DNA of 64,000 nt, from assembly GCF_963921235.1 (NCBI RefSeq), contig NC_086108.1, forward strand, positions 744,001 through 808,000, written 5' to 3'. The position numbers and the translations under genes were made by a program. Below the pieces are notes generated by a model. That model saw only the letters and a list, made by a program, of their open reading frames with translations, did not search any database and was not told the DNA's origin. Below, one piece after another: positions 1-12,407 of the stretch. The stretch is from Mobula hypostoma. Its lineage: Eukaryota. The stretch's first letter is position 1; every line of letters begins with the position of its first letter.

Positions 1-233
1 CCTGGTGGCCAGGGGTTGGCGGAAAGAGAAAATTGGCAAGGACTCCTTGCCCTGTTGTTACTGAGTGGCAGCATTGTGTACGGTGCCTCTCGTTCAAATA
101 GTCTGTATGTACTTGAGACAAGAACACTGGTAAAGTTCAAGTGAAGTTCAATTTATTGACATGCGGCCATATACGTATATACCACCAAATGAAACAGTGT
201 TCCTTTGGGCCAAGGTGCACAACACAGTATGTA

Positions 234-3070
234 TAACATAGAAATATGGAAAACCTACAGCACAATACAGCCCCTTAGGCCCACAAAGTTGTGCCGAACA
301 TGTCCCTACCTTAGAAATTACTGGGCTTACCTATAGCCCTCTATTTTACTAAGCTCCATGTACCTATCTAAATGTCTCTTAAAAGACCCTATCGTATCCA
401 CCTCCACCACCGTCACCGGCAGCCCATTCCATGTACTCACCACTCTCTGAGTAAAAAACTTACCCCTGACATCTCCTCTGTACCTACTCCCCAGCACCTT
501 AAACCTGTGTCCTCTTGTAGCAACCATTTCAGCCCTGGGAAAAAGCCTCTGACTATATCCACACGATCAATGCCTCTCATTATCTTATACACCTCTATCA
601 GGTCACCTCTGTCGCTCCAAGGAGAAAAGACCGAGTTCACTCAATCTTTTTTCATAAGGCATGCTCCCCAATCCAGGCAACATCCCTGTAAATCTCCTCT
701 GCACCCTTTCTATGGATTCCACATCCTTCCTGTAGTGAGGTGACCAGACTGAGCACAGTATTCCAAGTGGGGTCTGACCAGGGTCCTATATAGCTGCAAC
801 ATTTCCTTTTGGCTCCTAAATTCAATTCCATGATTGATGAAGGCCAATGCACCGTATGCTTCCTTAACCACAGAGTCAACCTGCGCAGCTGCTTTGAGTG
901 TCCTATGGATTCGGACCCCAAGATCCCTCTGATCCTCCACACTGCCAAGAGTCTTACCATCAATGCTATATTCTGCCATCATATTTGACTACCAAAATGA
1001 ACCACCTCACAATATCTGGGTTGAACTCCATCTGCCACTTCTCAGCCCAGTTTTGCACCCTACCAATGTCCCACTGTAACCTCTGACAGTCCTCCACACT
1101 ATCTACAACACCTCCATCCTTTGTGTCATCAGCAAATTTACTAACCCATCCCTCCACTTCCTCATCCAGGTCATTTATAAAAATCACAAAAAGAAGGGGT
1201 CCCAGAACAGATCCCTGTGGCACCCCACTGGTGACCAACCTCCATGCAGAATATGACCCATCTACAACCACTCTTTGCCTTCTGTGGGCAAGCCAGTTCT
1301 GGATCCACAAAGCAATGTCCCCTTGGATCCCATGCCTCCTTACTTTCTCAATAAGCCTTGCATGGGGTACCTTATCAAATGCCTTGCTGAAATCCATATA
1401 CACTACATCTACTGCTCTACCTTCATCAATGTGTTTAGTCACATCCTCAAAAAAGTCAATCAGGCTCGTAAGGCACAATCCACCCTTGACAAAGCCATGC
1501 TGACTGCTCCTAATCATATTATACCTCTCCAAATGTTCATAAATCCTGCCTGTCAGGATCTTCTCCATCAACTTACCAACCACTGAGGTAAGACTCACTG
1601 GTCTATAATTTCCTGGGCTATCTCTACTCCCTTTCTTAAATAAAAGAACAACATTCGCAACCTCTCCCGTCCCCATTGATGATGCAACGATCATCACCAG
1701 AGGCTCAGCAATCTCTTCCCTCGCCTCCCACAGTAGCCTGGGGTACATCTCATCTGGTCCCGGCAACTTATCCAACTTGATGCTTTCCAACAGCTCTAGC
1801 ACACCCTCTTTCTTAATATCTACATGCTCAAGCTTTTCAGTCTGCTGCAAGTCATCACTACAATCACCAAGATCCTTTTCCATAGTGAATACTGAAGTAA
1901 AGTATTCATTAAGTACCTCTGCTATTTCCTCCGGTTCCATACACACTTTCCCACTGTCACACTTGATAGGTCCTGTTCTTTCACATCTTATCCTCTTGCT
2001 CTTCACATAGCTGTAAAATGCTTTGGGGTTTTCCTTAATCCTGCCTGCCAAGGCCTTCTCATGGCTCCTTCTGGCTCTCCTGATTTCCTTCTTAAACTCC
2101 TTCCTATTAGCCTTATAATCTTCTAGATCTTTAACATTACCTAGCTCTCTGTACCTTTTGTAAGCTTTTCTTCTTGACTAGATTTACCTTTGTACACCAC
2201 GGTTCCAGTACCCTACCAAAACTTCCCTGTCTCATTGGAACGTACCTATACAGAACCCCACACAAATATCCCCTGAATATTTGCCACATTTCTTCTGTAC
2301 TTTTCCCTGAGAACATCTGTTTCCAATTTAAGCCTCCAATTTTCTGCCTGATAGCCTCATAATTCCCCTTACTCCAATTAAATGCATCTCTAACTTGTCT
2401 GTTCCTATCTCTCTCCAATGCTATTGTAAAGGAGACAGAATTATGATCACTATCTCCAAAATGCTCTCCCGCTGAGAGATCTGACACCTGACCAGGTTCA
2501 TTTCCCAATACCAGATCAGGAGTACTTATTGTCAAGGGGTACAGCCACAGGGGTATTTTCTAATACCTGACTCTTCCCCTTCCCCCTCCTGACCGTGACC
2601 CACTTGTCTCCCGTGGCCCCGGTGTGACCACCTGCCTATAACTCCTTTCTATCACCTCCTCGCTCTCCCTGACTAGGAGAAGGTCATCGAGCTGCATCTC
2701 CAGTTCCCTAACTCGGTCCCTGAGGAGCTGCAGCTCGACACACCTGGTGCAGGTATGGCCATCTGGGAGGCTGGGAGACTCCAGGAACCCCCCACATCTG
2801 ACACTGAGCACAGAAAACTGGCCATATACTGATATTACCTCCTTTCCGCAATTAACACAGTTAAACCTACCTCGCCTCGTCCCATTGAGCCAAAGCCCTA
2901 CCACTCTGCTGCCTGCTGGATACGGCGGTTTTCTTTTTAAACCTTTTGCGTGCTACTGGCTGACGTCACGTGCCTGCACAGTCTCGCCCCTCTTTTACCC
3001 TGAGTAGTAAAAGACTCCCTTCGCTCCAAAAAATCAGCCGTTCATTCACAGCCTTCTTGCCCTGAATAAC
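234..3070 (-). mobile_element. CR1 LINE, internally deleted and frameshifted (ORF1 Zn-finger/leucine-zipper remnant, end of endonuclease, RT, 3' end)
   Basis: ORF 966..2051 has RT motifs ([24 protein letters not shown]). ORF 2560..2904 has CTRCVELQLLRDRVRELE. Microsatellite-type tail near 235-255. Confidence 0.9.
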
Positions 3071-3700
3071 TCTCACACACAACACATAAAATAATATTAC
3101 CACAAATAAATCAACAAATAATGTGTATTTATGATGCAAGATTAAAAATTATAAATTTATACTTTAAGTGTAACTTTAAGTTAAAAAGTTTAACGCTATT
3201 TGCAGTTAATACATGGTGAGACCTGTGTGGTGGTAGGGAGTTCAGCAGTCTCACGGTCTGGGGGAAGAGGCTGTTTTCCATCCGAACAGTTCTTGTCCTA
3301 TTGCTACGGTACCTCCTGCCTGATGGTAAGGGGTCAAAGAGGTTACTGGATGATGGGAGGGATTATTGACAATGGTAAGGGCCCTGTATATGCAGCGCTG
3401 CAGATAAATATCTCAGATAGGTGGAAGAAAGCCCCCAATGATCTTCTCAGCAGTCATCACAATCCTTTGTATAGACTTGCCCAGGGAAATTTAGGTCTGT
3501 GATACTATCTTAATGTATCATTAGAAAGCAAGTTCGAAAGGTGGACTTAAAAGCAGCTAAGAAGTCTATTGATGATTTTTTTTAAACTGAGACCGTTATG
3601 TCATGCTTAATGAGACTAGCACCAGAATAGAGCACCAGAGAATCTGTCAGTTTATTTAAACCCTTGAGTTCATTCAAAAGTAGTTCTTTTTTCTCTTCAG

Positions 3701-3801
3701 GTGAGAAACTGGACTACAAAGCTTCAGAGGCCTTGGAAGAGGTTTTCAAACGGGTTCAGTTCAAACTAGTGGATTTGGAGGCAACCAACCTGGACGAGGA
3801 T
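3701..3801 (+). CDS. PPP1R37: PPP1R37 internal coding exon A: (G)EKLDYKASEALEEVFKRVQFKLVDLEATNLDED
   Basis: Polypyrimidine tract and cag acceptor (ttctcttcag|), donor gtgagc at 3802. 101 bp, phase 1 to 0. Peptide matches the recalled vertebrate PPP1R37 LRR region. Confidence 0.93.
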
Positions 3802-3914
3802 GTGAGCTATTTTAATACTTTTTTTTAGATATATAAACCTCTGTCATTGCCAATTCTTAGTTTCCATTTTCCATCTTGCTATGTGGGTTTATGGCCACAT
3901 TTCAACCAATATAC

Positions 3915-5186
3915 ACTACTTAGGCACATGTATATACAGTATCTAGGGTGCCTAAGACTTTTGCACAGTAATGTATTTGCCAATGTGGAGCGGCAAGTGA
4001 GTTTGTAAATCCGGTGGGAGCAACGGATGGGACAGGTGGCAAGAAAGAGTGCCAGTGTCTCTCTGGTGCTTCCCGCTCCCTCCCCTCTCCCTTCCCCTTT
4101 TCCCAACCATGATTTACCTGGATGAGGAGGTAGAAGGGTGGGTTGATAAGTTTGCTGATGATACAAAAGATGGGGGTGTTGTGGATAGTCTGGAGGGTTG
4201 TCAGAGGTTACAGCGGGACATCAATAGGATGCAGAACTGGGCTGAGAAGTGGCAGATGGACGTCAACCCAGATAAGTGTGAAGTGGTTCATTTTGGTAGG
4301 TCCAATTTGAAGACAAAATATAATACAAATGATAAGACTGTTGGTAGTGTGGAGGATCTGAGAGATCTTGGGGTTCGAGTCCATAGGACACTCAAAGCTG
4401 CTGCGCAGGTTGACAGTGTTGTGTTGGCGTTTGTCAACCATGGAATTGAGTTCAAGAGCCTTGAGGTAATGTTACAGCTGTATAAGACCTTAGTCAGCCC
4501 CCACTTGGAGTACTGTGTTCAGTTCTGGTCACCTCACTACAGGAAGGATGTGGATACTATAGAGAGAATGCAAAGGAGATTTACAAGGATGTTGCCTGGA
4601 TTGGAGGGCGTACCTTATGAGAATAGGTTGAGTGTACTTGGCCTTTTCTCCTGGGAGCGATGGACAATGAGAGGTGACCTGATAGAGGTGTATAAGAAGA
4701 TGAGGGGCATTGATCGTGTAGATAGCCAGAGGCTTTTTCCTAGGGCTGAAATGGCGAACATGAGGGGGCATAGTTTTAAGGTGCTTGGAAATTGGTACTG
4801 AGGGGATATCAGGAGTAAGTTTTTCGCACAACGTGTGGCGGTGGTGGAAGTGGATACAATAGGGTCTTTTAAGAGCCTCTTAGATAGGTACATGGAGCTT
4901 AGAAAAATAGAGGACTATGCGTTAGGCAGTCTCTAGAGGTTACATGGTTGGCACAACATTGTGGGCCAAAAAGCCTGTAATGTGCTGTAAATTTCTATGT
5001 TCTATGATTTCCCTTCTCCCTGCCCGCTTTCCCACTCTCAGTCCACAATAGAGACCCATATCAGAATCAGGTTTATCATTGCTCACATAGGTCATGAAAT
5101 TTGTTATTTTTTGTGACAACAGTACAGTGCAATATTTAAAATTACTACAGCACTGTGCAAAAGTCTTAGGCACCCCAGCTACATAC
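3915..5186. mobile_element. Tc1/mariner-like non-autonomous element (MITE) split by a CR1 insertion
   Basis: gtgcctaagacttttgcacagta and ctgtgcaaaagtcttaggcacc inverted motifs. An uninterrupted sister copy lies at 46263-46830. Confidence 0.65.
4116..5003 (+). mobile_element. 5'-truncated CR1 LINE (RT C-terminus and 3' tail)
   Basis: KFADD...HLEYCVQFWSPHY peptide. TSD atgattt at 4109-4115 and 5004-5010. Confidence 0.9.
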
Positions 5187-6390
5187 AAAAAAAATAATGA
5201 GTTTTGACAGTACTGGACATATTTGTGTTAATGCCAATCTAAACAATGTGTGTCTCACTATTGTTGTTTGTGTCAGTTGCCCTTTTTGATGCGTTCCTGC
5301 TTGGTTAGCTGGCACATGGATAAAGCCCTTCTCTTAATGAACTTTGCGGCTCACTTGTGCTCTATACTCTGACTCCAGCTGGACAGGTGCATCATGGGAA
5401 TTATTGGGTCCTGGAAATGATAGCCCATGTGCTGAGGAGCCCTCAAAAGCTCACTGTCAACCTGTGCAGTATCCTCTGTTAACCCTTACAATATTGGTCT
5501 TGGTAACAACTTGAGTCAGCATCATATTATTGAGGTAACTAAAAATCCCAGAGGCCTACACAGAATAATCAAACCAAAGTTAACTCTGTCAAGTTCAAAT
5601 TCAAGTTTGTCATTCTACTGTACACACATATACAGTCAAATGAAACAATGTTCCTCTGGACCAAGATGCATAACGCAGTACATATAAGACCAATGAGCTA
5701 TAAAAACAGAAATTAGGCCATTTGCCCCATCAAGTCTCCTCTGCTGTTTCATCATGGCTGATCCATATTCCCTCTCAGCCACAATCTCCTGTCTTCTCCC
5801 ACACAACACATAGAGTAATATTCCCATAAATAAATCAACAAATAATAAAATATATTCCAGAATATTGATATTTAGCATAAGGTGCATTTACAACACAAGT
5901 TAAAAATAAACTGTATAACACTACTGGCGCTTCATGTGTGATGAGACCTGGGTGATGGCCGGAGGTTCCGTAGTCTTGTGACCTGGGGCCGTAACTGCTA
6001 GAGTAAGCCGAAGCGATTACGGGGATTGAATACAAATTCCTTTCAGACTGAGACAGGAATTGAACCCGGGTTGTTTGTGGTGCAGTGATGTTGTGTGAAC
6101 CACAATGCTGCCATGCTGAACCAACAAATTTCACAACTTCTGACTACTGCCAACATAGCTCTCCAGGTTATTGAGGCACACAAGTCTCCGAACCATTTCA
6201 AGGTTGAGGTCCTCTTGAAGGTGAGAACAGGAGTAAGAGCTTTAAAATGAGAAATAAAATCTCAACTCCAGGCTGCCACTGAGAACTTGAGGGAGTAAAA
6301 ATGGACTGCAATATAAACCAGGAGCACAGAATGAGAGAAAAATTTGTTCCCTGTAATTTCTTGTTTTGTTATCTACGTATAATCGTAGGA

Positions 6391-6736
6391 TTTATTGATA
6401 TTTAGCATAAGGTGCATTTACAACACAAGTTAAAAATAAACTGTATAACACTACTGACGCTTCATGTGTGATGAGACCTGGGTGATGGCCGGAAGTTCAG
6501 TAGTCTTATGGCCTGGGGACATAACTGCTAGAGTAACAGAACTTCCCCCAGCCGTCTTGGACCCCACCATGCCGCTAGATCCGGGAGGGGATGTTGAGAG
6601 GGTGGGTCTGGACCTGTGCATCCTCCTACTAAAATCCATTCATGCACACGCTGTTCCTTTCTGAGGAGTGGGGTCAACCCCACTAACTGACTGAAAGGAA
6701 CCATCATTATCCTATGGGATGGATAGCCAGAGAGAG
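6391..6736 (+). mobile_element. Chimeric retro-insertion: copy of local sequence plus a SINE-like segment with (GA)n tail
   Basis: 12-bp TSD ataatcgtagga at 6379-6390 and 6737-6748. 6393-6536 duplicates 5863-6006. Confidence 0.7.
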
Positions 6737-7351
6737 ATAATCGTAGGAATATGCTGTTGGATCTTTAATTTCTGATCCTCAGTGTTCTTCTGGGAGTCAG
6801 GAATGATGGGCAGTCTTAATTACAAGATCTCAGTTTATTTCAGAATGCAAACAAATATACAAATGCAAGCAAGCTAAATAAAGAGCTGAGTGGTGTATAG
6901 ACAAAAGAATAAAGATGGCACTTCTGAAAAATCTATCACTTTTATAGATAAGATCAGAGAAATTCTTTAAGTAGAGATAAGTTAGTTAATAGGCTATATA
7001 ATTAAAACAATCACATCACGTGGGTAATGTGCTAATACTTAACCAATGAAAAATGAGAAAGGTGATAAGCAGTTAGTTTAGCTGCTATACAGCTTTCTTC
7101 CAGTGTGAAAAATACATGAGTTTGTCAAAAAAAAGTACAACTCTTATAAAAAGTATTGTTTTTAAAAAGGCGGTGGTTTCCAGCAATGCCTATGCCTGTT
7201 CTCTTCTATGTACACTAGAGAGTATGTGTGAGTAATTCTAAAACATGGAATGAGGATCCCAATGTTGGAATATCCTTGACAGCTTTTTAACAAATGTGTT
7301 TAAAATATATTTCGCAGTTTCCAATTACCATTCTACTGTGTTTTTCTATAG

Positions 7352-7471
7352 GGGGCGTCGGCATTGTTTGATATGATAGAGTACTATGAGTCGGCCACCC
7401 AGTTGAATATCTCTTTCAATAAGCACATCGGGACACGAGGCTGGCAGGCTGCAGCTCACATGATGAGGAAG
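7352..7471 (+). CDS. PPP1R37: PPP1R37 coding exon B: GASALFDMIEYYESATQLNISFNKHIGTRGWQAAAHMMRK
   Basis: tttttctatag| acceptor, gtaggg donor. 120 bp, phase 0 to 0, in frame with exon A. Confidence 0.95.
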
Positions 7472-7529
7472 GTAGGGACAACTCCTCACTTCTTTGATTC
7501 TGTGGACTACTTGCTAATTCACCTGAGCA

Positions 7530-7900
7530 ACAAACACAGAATGCTGGAGGAACTTAGCAGGTCAGGCAGTGTCTATGGAGAGGAATAAAGAATGGACATT
7601 TCAGGCCAAGACTGGAAAGGAAAGGGGAAGAAGCCTTTTCCACCCATCACCTCGCAGTTTCTCAGTTCATCTACATTCCCCCTCACCTGGTCTCACTGAT
7701 CACCTACCAGCTTGATTCCTCTCCCCTCCCACCACCATCGTTTTTCTTACATCTAATCCCCAGTTCCTTTCCAGTTTTGATGAAGGATCTCGGCCTGAAA
7801 TGTCAACTGTTTATTCATGTCCATAGATGCTGCCTGGTCTGCTGAATTCCTCCAGTATTTTGTGTGCGTTACTCTAGATTTTTAGCATCTGTAGACTACC
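7530..7900. mobile_element. Penelope-like element terminal-repeat remnant in inverted arrangement, with a degenerate hammerhead at 7772-7809
   Basis: atgctggaggaact...gcagtgtctatgga is mirrored by tccatagatgctgcc...ttcctccagtatt. Motif cagtt-ttgatga...gaaa-tgtc-aactg. Confidence 0.7.
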
Positions 7901-8987
7901 ACATGTTTACAATTTGCTAATTTACCTGTTTCCTTTCCCTCTGCCTGGAAGCCCCAGTGCTCCCTGCTTCTGACATTGGACCTGGCTTCACATAACCACA
8001 GTGCTCGATGGAGATTTTATCAGGGCCGATAAGAAGGAATTGATTGAATATTCTCGTCTTTTGCAAACTTATGGTATTCTCAGAAAGGATGCTGCAAGTA
8101 TGAAATAACTGAAACTTCAAACTTTTCTCCACAGATCAATGCCAGCCTCATGATTTATAACTTATCAACGCAGTATGCAAACGTTAGATGTGTGTGGGCA
8201 TTCGATGTCCAGACCACACCAATCTTTGGCTCAATTGCAGAGACCCATTACAGAGACTTGGCTGGCACCAGGGCAGGAATGGATTCTCAATATTCCTGGA
8301 TTTCAGTGCTTTAAAAGGGATAGAGAGGGGGGAGGAGGGGTGGCATTACTGGTCAGGGATACTATTACAGCTACAGAAAGGGTGGGTAATGTAGCAGGAT
8401 CCTCTTTTGAGTCAGTATGGGTAGAAGTCAGGAACAGGAATACTCTACTGGGAGTATTCTATAGGCCCCCTGGTAGCAGCAGAGATATAGAGGAGCAGAT
8501 TGGGTGGCAGATTTTGGAAAGGTGCAACAATAACAAGGTTGTTATCATGGGTGACTTTAACCTCCCTAATATTGATTGGCACCTGATTAGTTCCAACGAT
8601 TTAGACGGGGCAGAGTTTGTTGAGTGTGTCCAGGACAGATTCCTGTCCTAGTATGTTGACAGGCTGACTAGGGGGAATGCCATACTAGATCTACAGATCT
8701 CTCAGTGGGTGAGCATCTGGGGGACAGTGACCACCGCTCCCTGGTCTTTAACATTATCATGGAAAAGGATAGAATCAGAGAGGACAGGAAAAGTTTTAGT
8801 TGGGGAAGGGCAAATTATGAGGCTATAAGGCTAGAACTTCCGGGTGTGAATTGGGATGATGTTTTACAGGGAAATGTACTATGGACATGTGGTTGATGTT
8901 TAGGGATCTCTTGCAGGATGTTAGGGATAAATTTGTCCCGGTGAGGAAGGTAAAGAATGGTAGGGTGAAGGAACCATGGGTGACAAG

Positions 8988-9814
8988 TGTTACATACCCC
9001 GTAACTGGGTTGCCAAACGAGCAGAAATGGACCACTTAGTTGGAGTCTGGATTACTGGAACTAAGAAAGTTTTATTAAAGAAATAAGTAACACAGTACTC
9101 TAATCGTAAGGATATAAATGCAACAGGTTAGCAATGATAAAACACACATGTACACAGAACTAGGATAATAGGAATCAATCAAGCTCTATCGCAGTCTAGG
9201 GGTAAAATGATCAGTCTCAAGTAACGCAGAGTTCAGTTCAGCTGAGTACAGTTGGCAGCAATCGCTGTTGTGCCGTTGGAGAGAGAGAGAGAGCGAATAT
9301 GCAAATTTTCGACTCAAACAGACCTTTGATGTTCCTCGCAGTTAGCTTTCGGGCGAGCCCTTTTACTGTCTTCGGAGGTCACTGACTGTGACCCCTCCGT
9401 TCCGGATACGATCGTTCTTCCGCAGTGAACCCGGCACCCAGGCAAGGGCGGACACACACACCAGGTTCCCGCCGATCATACCTTTTCACCCTGTGCGTCT
9501 ATGGTCGGTCCCACGACCAGACCTCCAAACTCCCACCAACTTGTGGGGGCACACCACACTTCCAGGGTCTCGTGATCTCGTGGTGTCTGTCGTGTCTTAG
9601 CGAACTTGTTCCTTTTATCCCCCTGCTGGGGTATTGCCTGTCCATCAAACTTCAAACAGTTCAGGTTCAAAGCAACTGGTCTGTCAATACTTGGAACTAT
9701 GTCTCTTTTCGTTAATCTCTCTTCTCTCTCATTAACATTTTGAACGCTTCTCTCTTTGTCTCTCTTATCTCTCTCATCAGCATCAATCTTCTGATAACTT
9801 GGTTTTTCGTCACA
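8988..9814 (-). mobile_element. Solo LTR (Gypsy-like), 827 bp
   Basis: Ends TGTTAC...GTCACA. 4-bp TSD caag (8984-8987, 9815-9818). It interrupts the CR1 codons for WVTSEVEN cleanly. AATAAA on the minus strand near 9071. Confidence 0.8.
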
Positions 9815-10050
9815 CAAGTGAGGTGGAAAATCTAGTCAGGTGGAAGAAGGCAGCATACATGAGGTTTAGGAAACAAGGATCAGATGGGTCTATTGAGGAA
9901 TATAGAGTAACAAGAAAGGAGCTTAAGAAGGGGTTGAGAAGAGCAAGAAGGGGTCGTGAGAAGGCCTTGGTGAGTAGGATAAAGGAAAACCCCAAGGCAT
10001 TCTTCAATTATGTGAAGAACAAAAGGATGACAGGAGTGAAGGTAGGACTG

Positions 10051-12407
10051 TGGAGAAAGGGAGTTTGTGGAGTGCCTCCGAGGTGGATTCTTAGAGCAGC
10101 TTGTATTAGAGCCTACCAGGGAGAAGGCAATTCTGGATTTAGTGTTGTGTAATGAACCGGATTTGATAAGGGAACTTGAGGTAAAGGAGCCATTAGGAGG
10201 TAGTGACCATAATATGATAAGTTTTAATCTACAATTTGAGAGGGAGAAGGGAAAATCGGAAGTGTCAGTATTGCAGTTGAACAAAGGGGACTATGGAGCC
10301 ATGAGGGAGGAGCTGGCCAAAGTTGACTGGAAAGATACCCTAGCAGGGATGATAGTGGAACAACAATGGCAGGTATTTCTGGGAATAATACAGAAGCTGC
10401 AGGATCAGTTCATTCCAAAGAGGAAGAAAGATTCTAAGAGGAGTAAGGGGCAACCGTGGCTGACAAGGGAAGTCAAGGACAATATAAAAATAAAAGAGAA
10501 GTATAACATAGCAAAGATGAGCGGGAAGCCAGAGGATTGGGAAACTTTTAAAGAGCAACTGAGGATAACTGAAAAGGCAATACGGGGAGAAAAGATAAGA
10601 TACGAAGGCAAGCTAGCCAAGATTACAAAGGAGCTTTATATTCTTCGGGTATGTGAAGAGGAAAAAATTAGTTAAGACCAAAGTTGGGCACTTGAAGACA
10701 GAAACGGGTGAATTTATTATGGGGGAACAAGGAAATGGCAGACGAGTTGAAAAGGTACTTTGGATCTGTGTTCACTAGGGAAGACACAAATAATCTCCCA
10801 GATGTAATAGTGGCCGGAGGTTCACTATTAGGCAGGAAATGGTGTTGGATAGACTGATGGGACTGAAGGCTGATAAATCCCCAGGGCCTGATGTTCTGCA
10901 CCCCAGGGTACTTAAGGAGGTGGCTCTAGAAATTGTGGACGCATTGGTAGTTATTTTCCAATGTTCAGGATCAGTTCTTGAGGACTGGAGGGTAGCTAAT
11001 GTTATCCCACTTTTATGTAAGGAGGGAGAGAGAAAGCAGGGAATTATAGGCCAGTTAGCCTGACATCAGTGGCGGGGAAGATGCTGGAGTCAATTATAAA
11101 GGATGAAATAGCGGCACATCTGGATAGCAGTAACAGGATCGGTCTGAGTCAGCATGGATTTACGAAGGGGAAATCATGCTTGACTAATCTTCTGGAATTT
11201 TTTGAGGATGTAACTATGAAAATGGACAAGGGAGAGCCAGTGGATGTAGTGTACCTGGACTTTCAGAAAGCCTTTGATAAGGTCCCACATAGGAGATTAG
11301 TGGGCAAAATTGGAGCACATGGTATTGGGGGTAGGGTACTGATATGGATAGAAAATTGGTTGGCAGACAGGAAATAAAGAGTAGGGATTAACGGGTCCTT
11401 TTCAGAATGGCAGGCAGTGACTAGTGGGGTACCGCAAGGCTCGGTGCTGGGACCGCAGCTATTTACAATATACACTACGATTTAGATGAAGGGATTAAAA
11501 GTAACATTAACAAATTTGCAGATGACACAAAGCTGAGTGGCAGTGTGAAATGTGTGGAGGATGTTGAGATAATGCAGGATGACTTGGACAGGTTGGCTGT
11601 CTGGGCAGATGCAGTTTAATGTGGATAAATGTGAGGTTATCCACTTTGGTGGCAAGAACAGGAAGGCAGATTACTATTTGAATGGTGTCAAGTTAAGAAA
11701 AGGGGAAATACAATGAGATCTTGGTGTCCTTGTTCATCAGTCACTGAAAGTAAGCATGCAGGTACAGCGGGCAGTGAAGAAAGCTAATGGCATGTTGGCC
11801 TTCATAACAAGGGGAGTTGAGTATAGGAGCAGAGAGGTCCTTCTGCAGTTGTACAGGGCCCTGGTGAGAGCACACCTGGAGTATTGTGTACAGTTTTGGT
11901 CTCCAAATTTGAGGAAGGACATTCTTGCTATTGAGGGAGTGCCGCGGAGGTTCACGAGGTTAATTCCCGGGAAGGCGAGACTGTCATATGTTCAAAGGTT
12001 GGCACGACTGGGCTTGTATACACCGGAATTTAGAAGGATGAGAGGGGATCTGATTGAAACATATAAGATTATTAAGGGATTGGACACACTGGAGGCAGGA
12101 AACATGTTTCCGATGTTGGAGGAATCCAGAACCAGAGGCCACAATTTGAGAATAAGGGGTAGGTCATTTAGAACAGAGCTGAGGAAAAACTTTTTCACCC
12201 AGAGTGTTGTAGATCTGTGGAATGCTCTGCCTCAGAAGGCAGTGGAGGCCAATTCTCTGGATGCTTTCAAGAAAGAGTTAGATAGAGCTGGGGAGAAGGC
12301 AGGAATGGGGTACTGATAATGGATGATCAGCCATGATCACAGTGAATGGCAGTGCTGGCTCAAAGGGCCGAATAGCCTACTCCTGCACCTATTGTCTATT
12401 GTCTGTT
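10051..12407 (+). mobile_element. Second CR1 subfamily copy nested in CR1
   Basis: TSD gactg (10046-10050, 12408-12412), (tgtctat)n tail, RT fragments with frameshifts. Confidence 0.88.

Noticed and set aside
966..2051. Reverse transcriptase ORFs here and at 37076..38518 and 60706..61734 as host genes, retrons or DGRs
   Set aside because: All are truncated or frameshifted CR1 ORF2 pieces with LINE tails, in eukaryotic introns.
6654..6701. CTGAGGA + hairpin + GAAA resembling a hammerhead
   Set aside because: GAAA is 9 nt away from the hairpin and pairs with upstream ttcctttc. There is no NUH/stem I closure. More likely a SINE 3' stem-loop.
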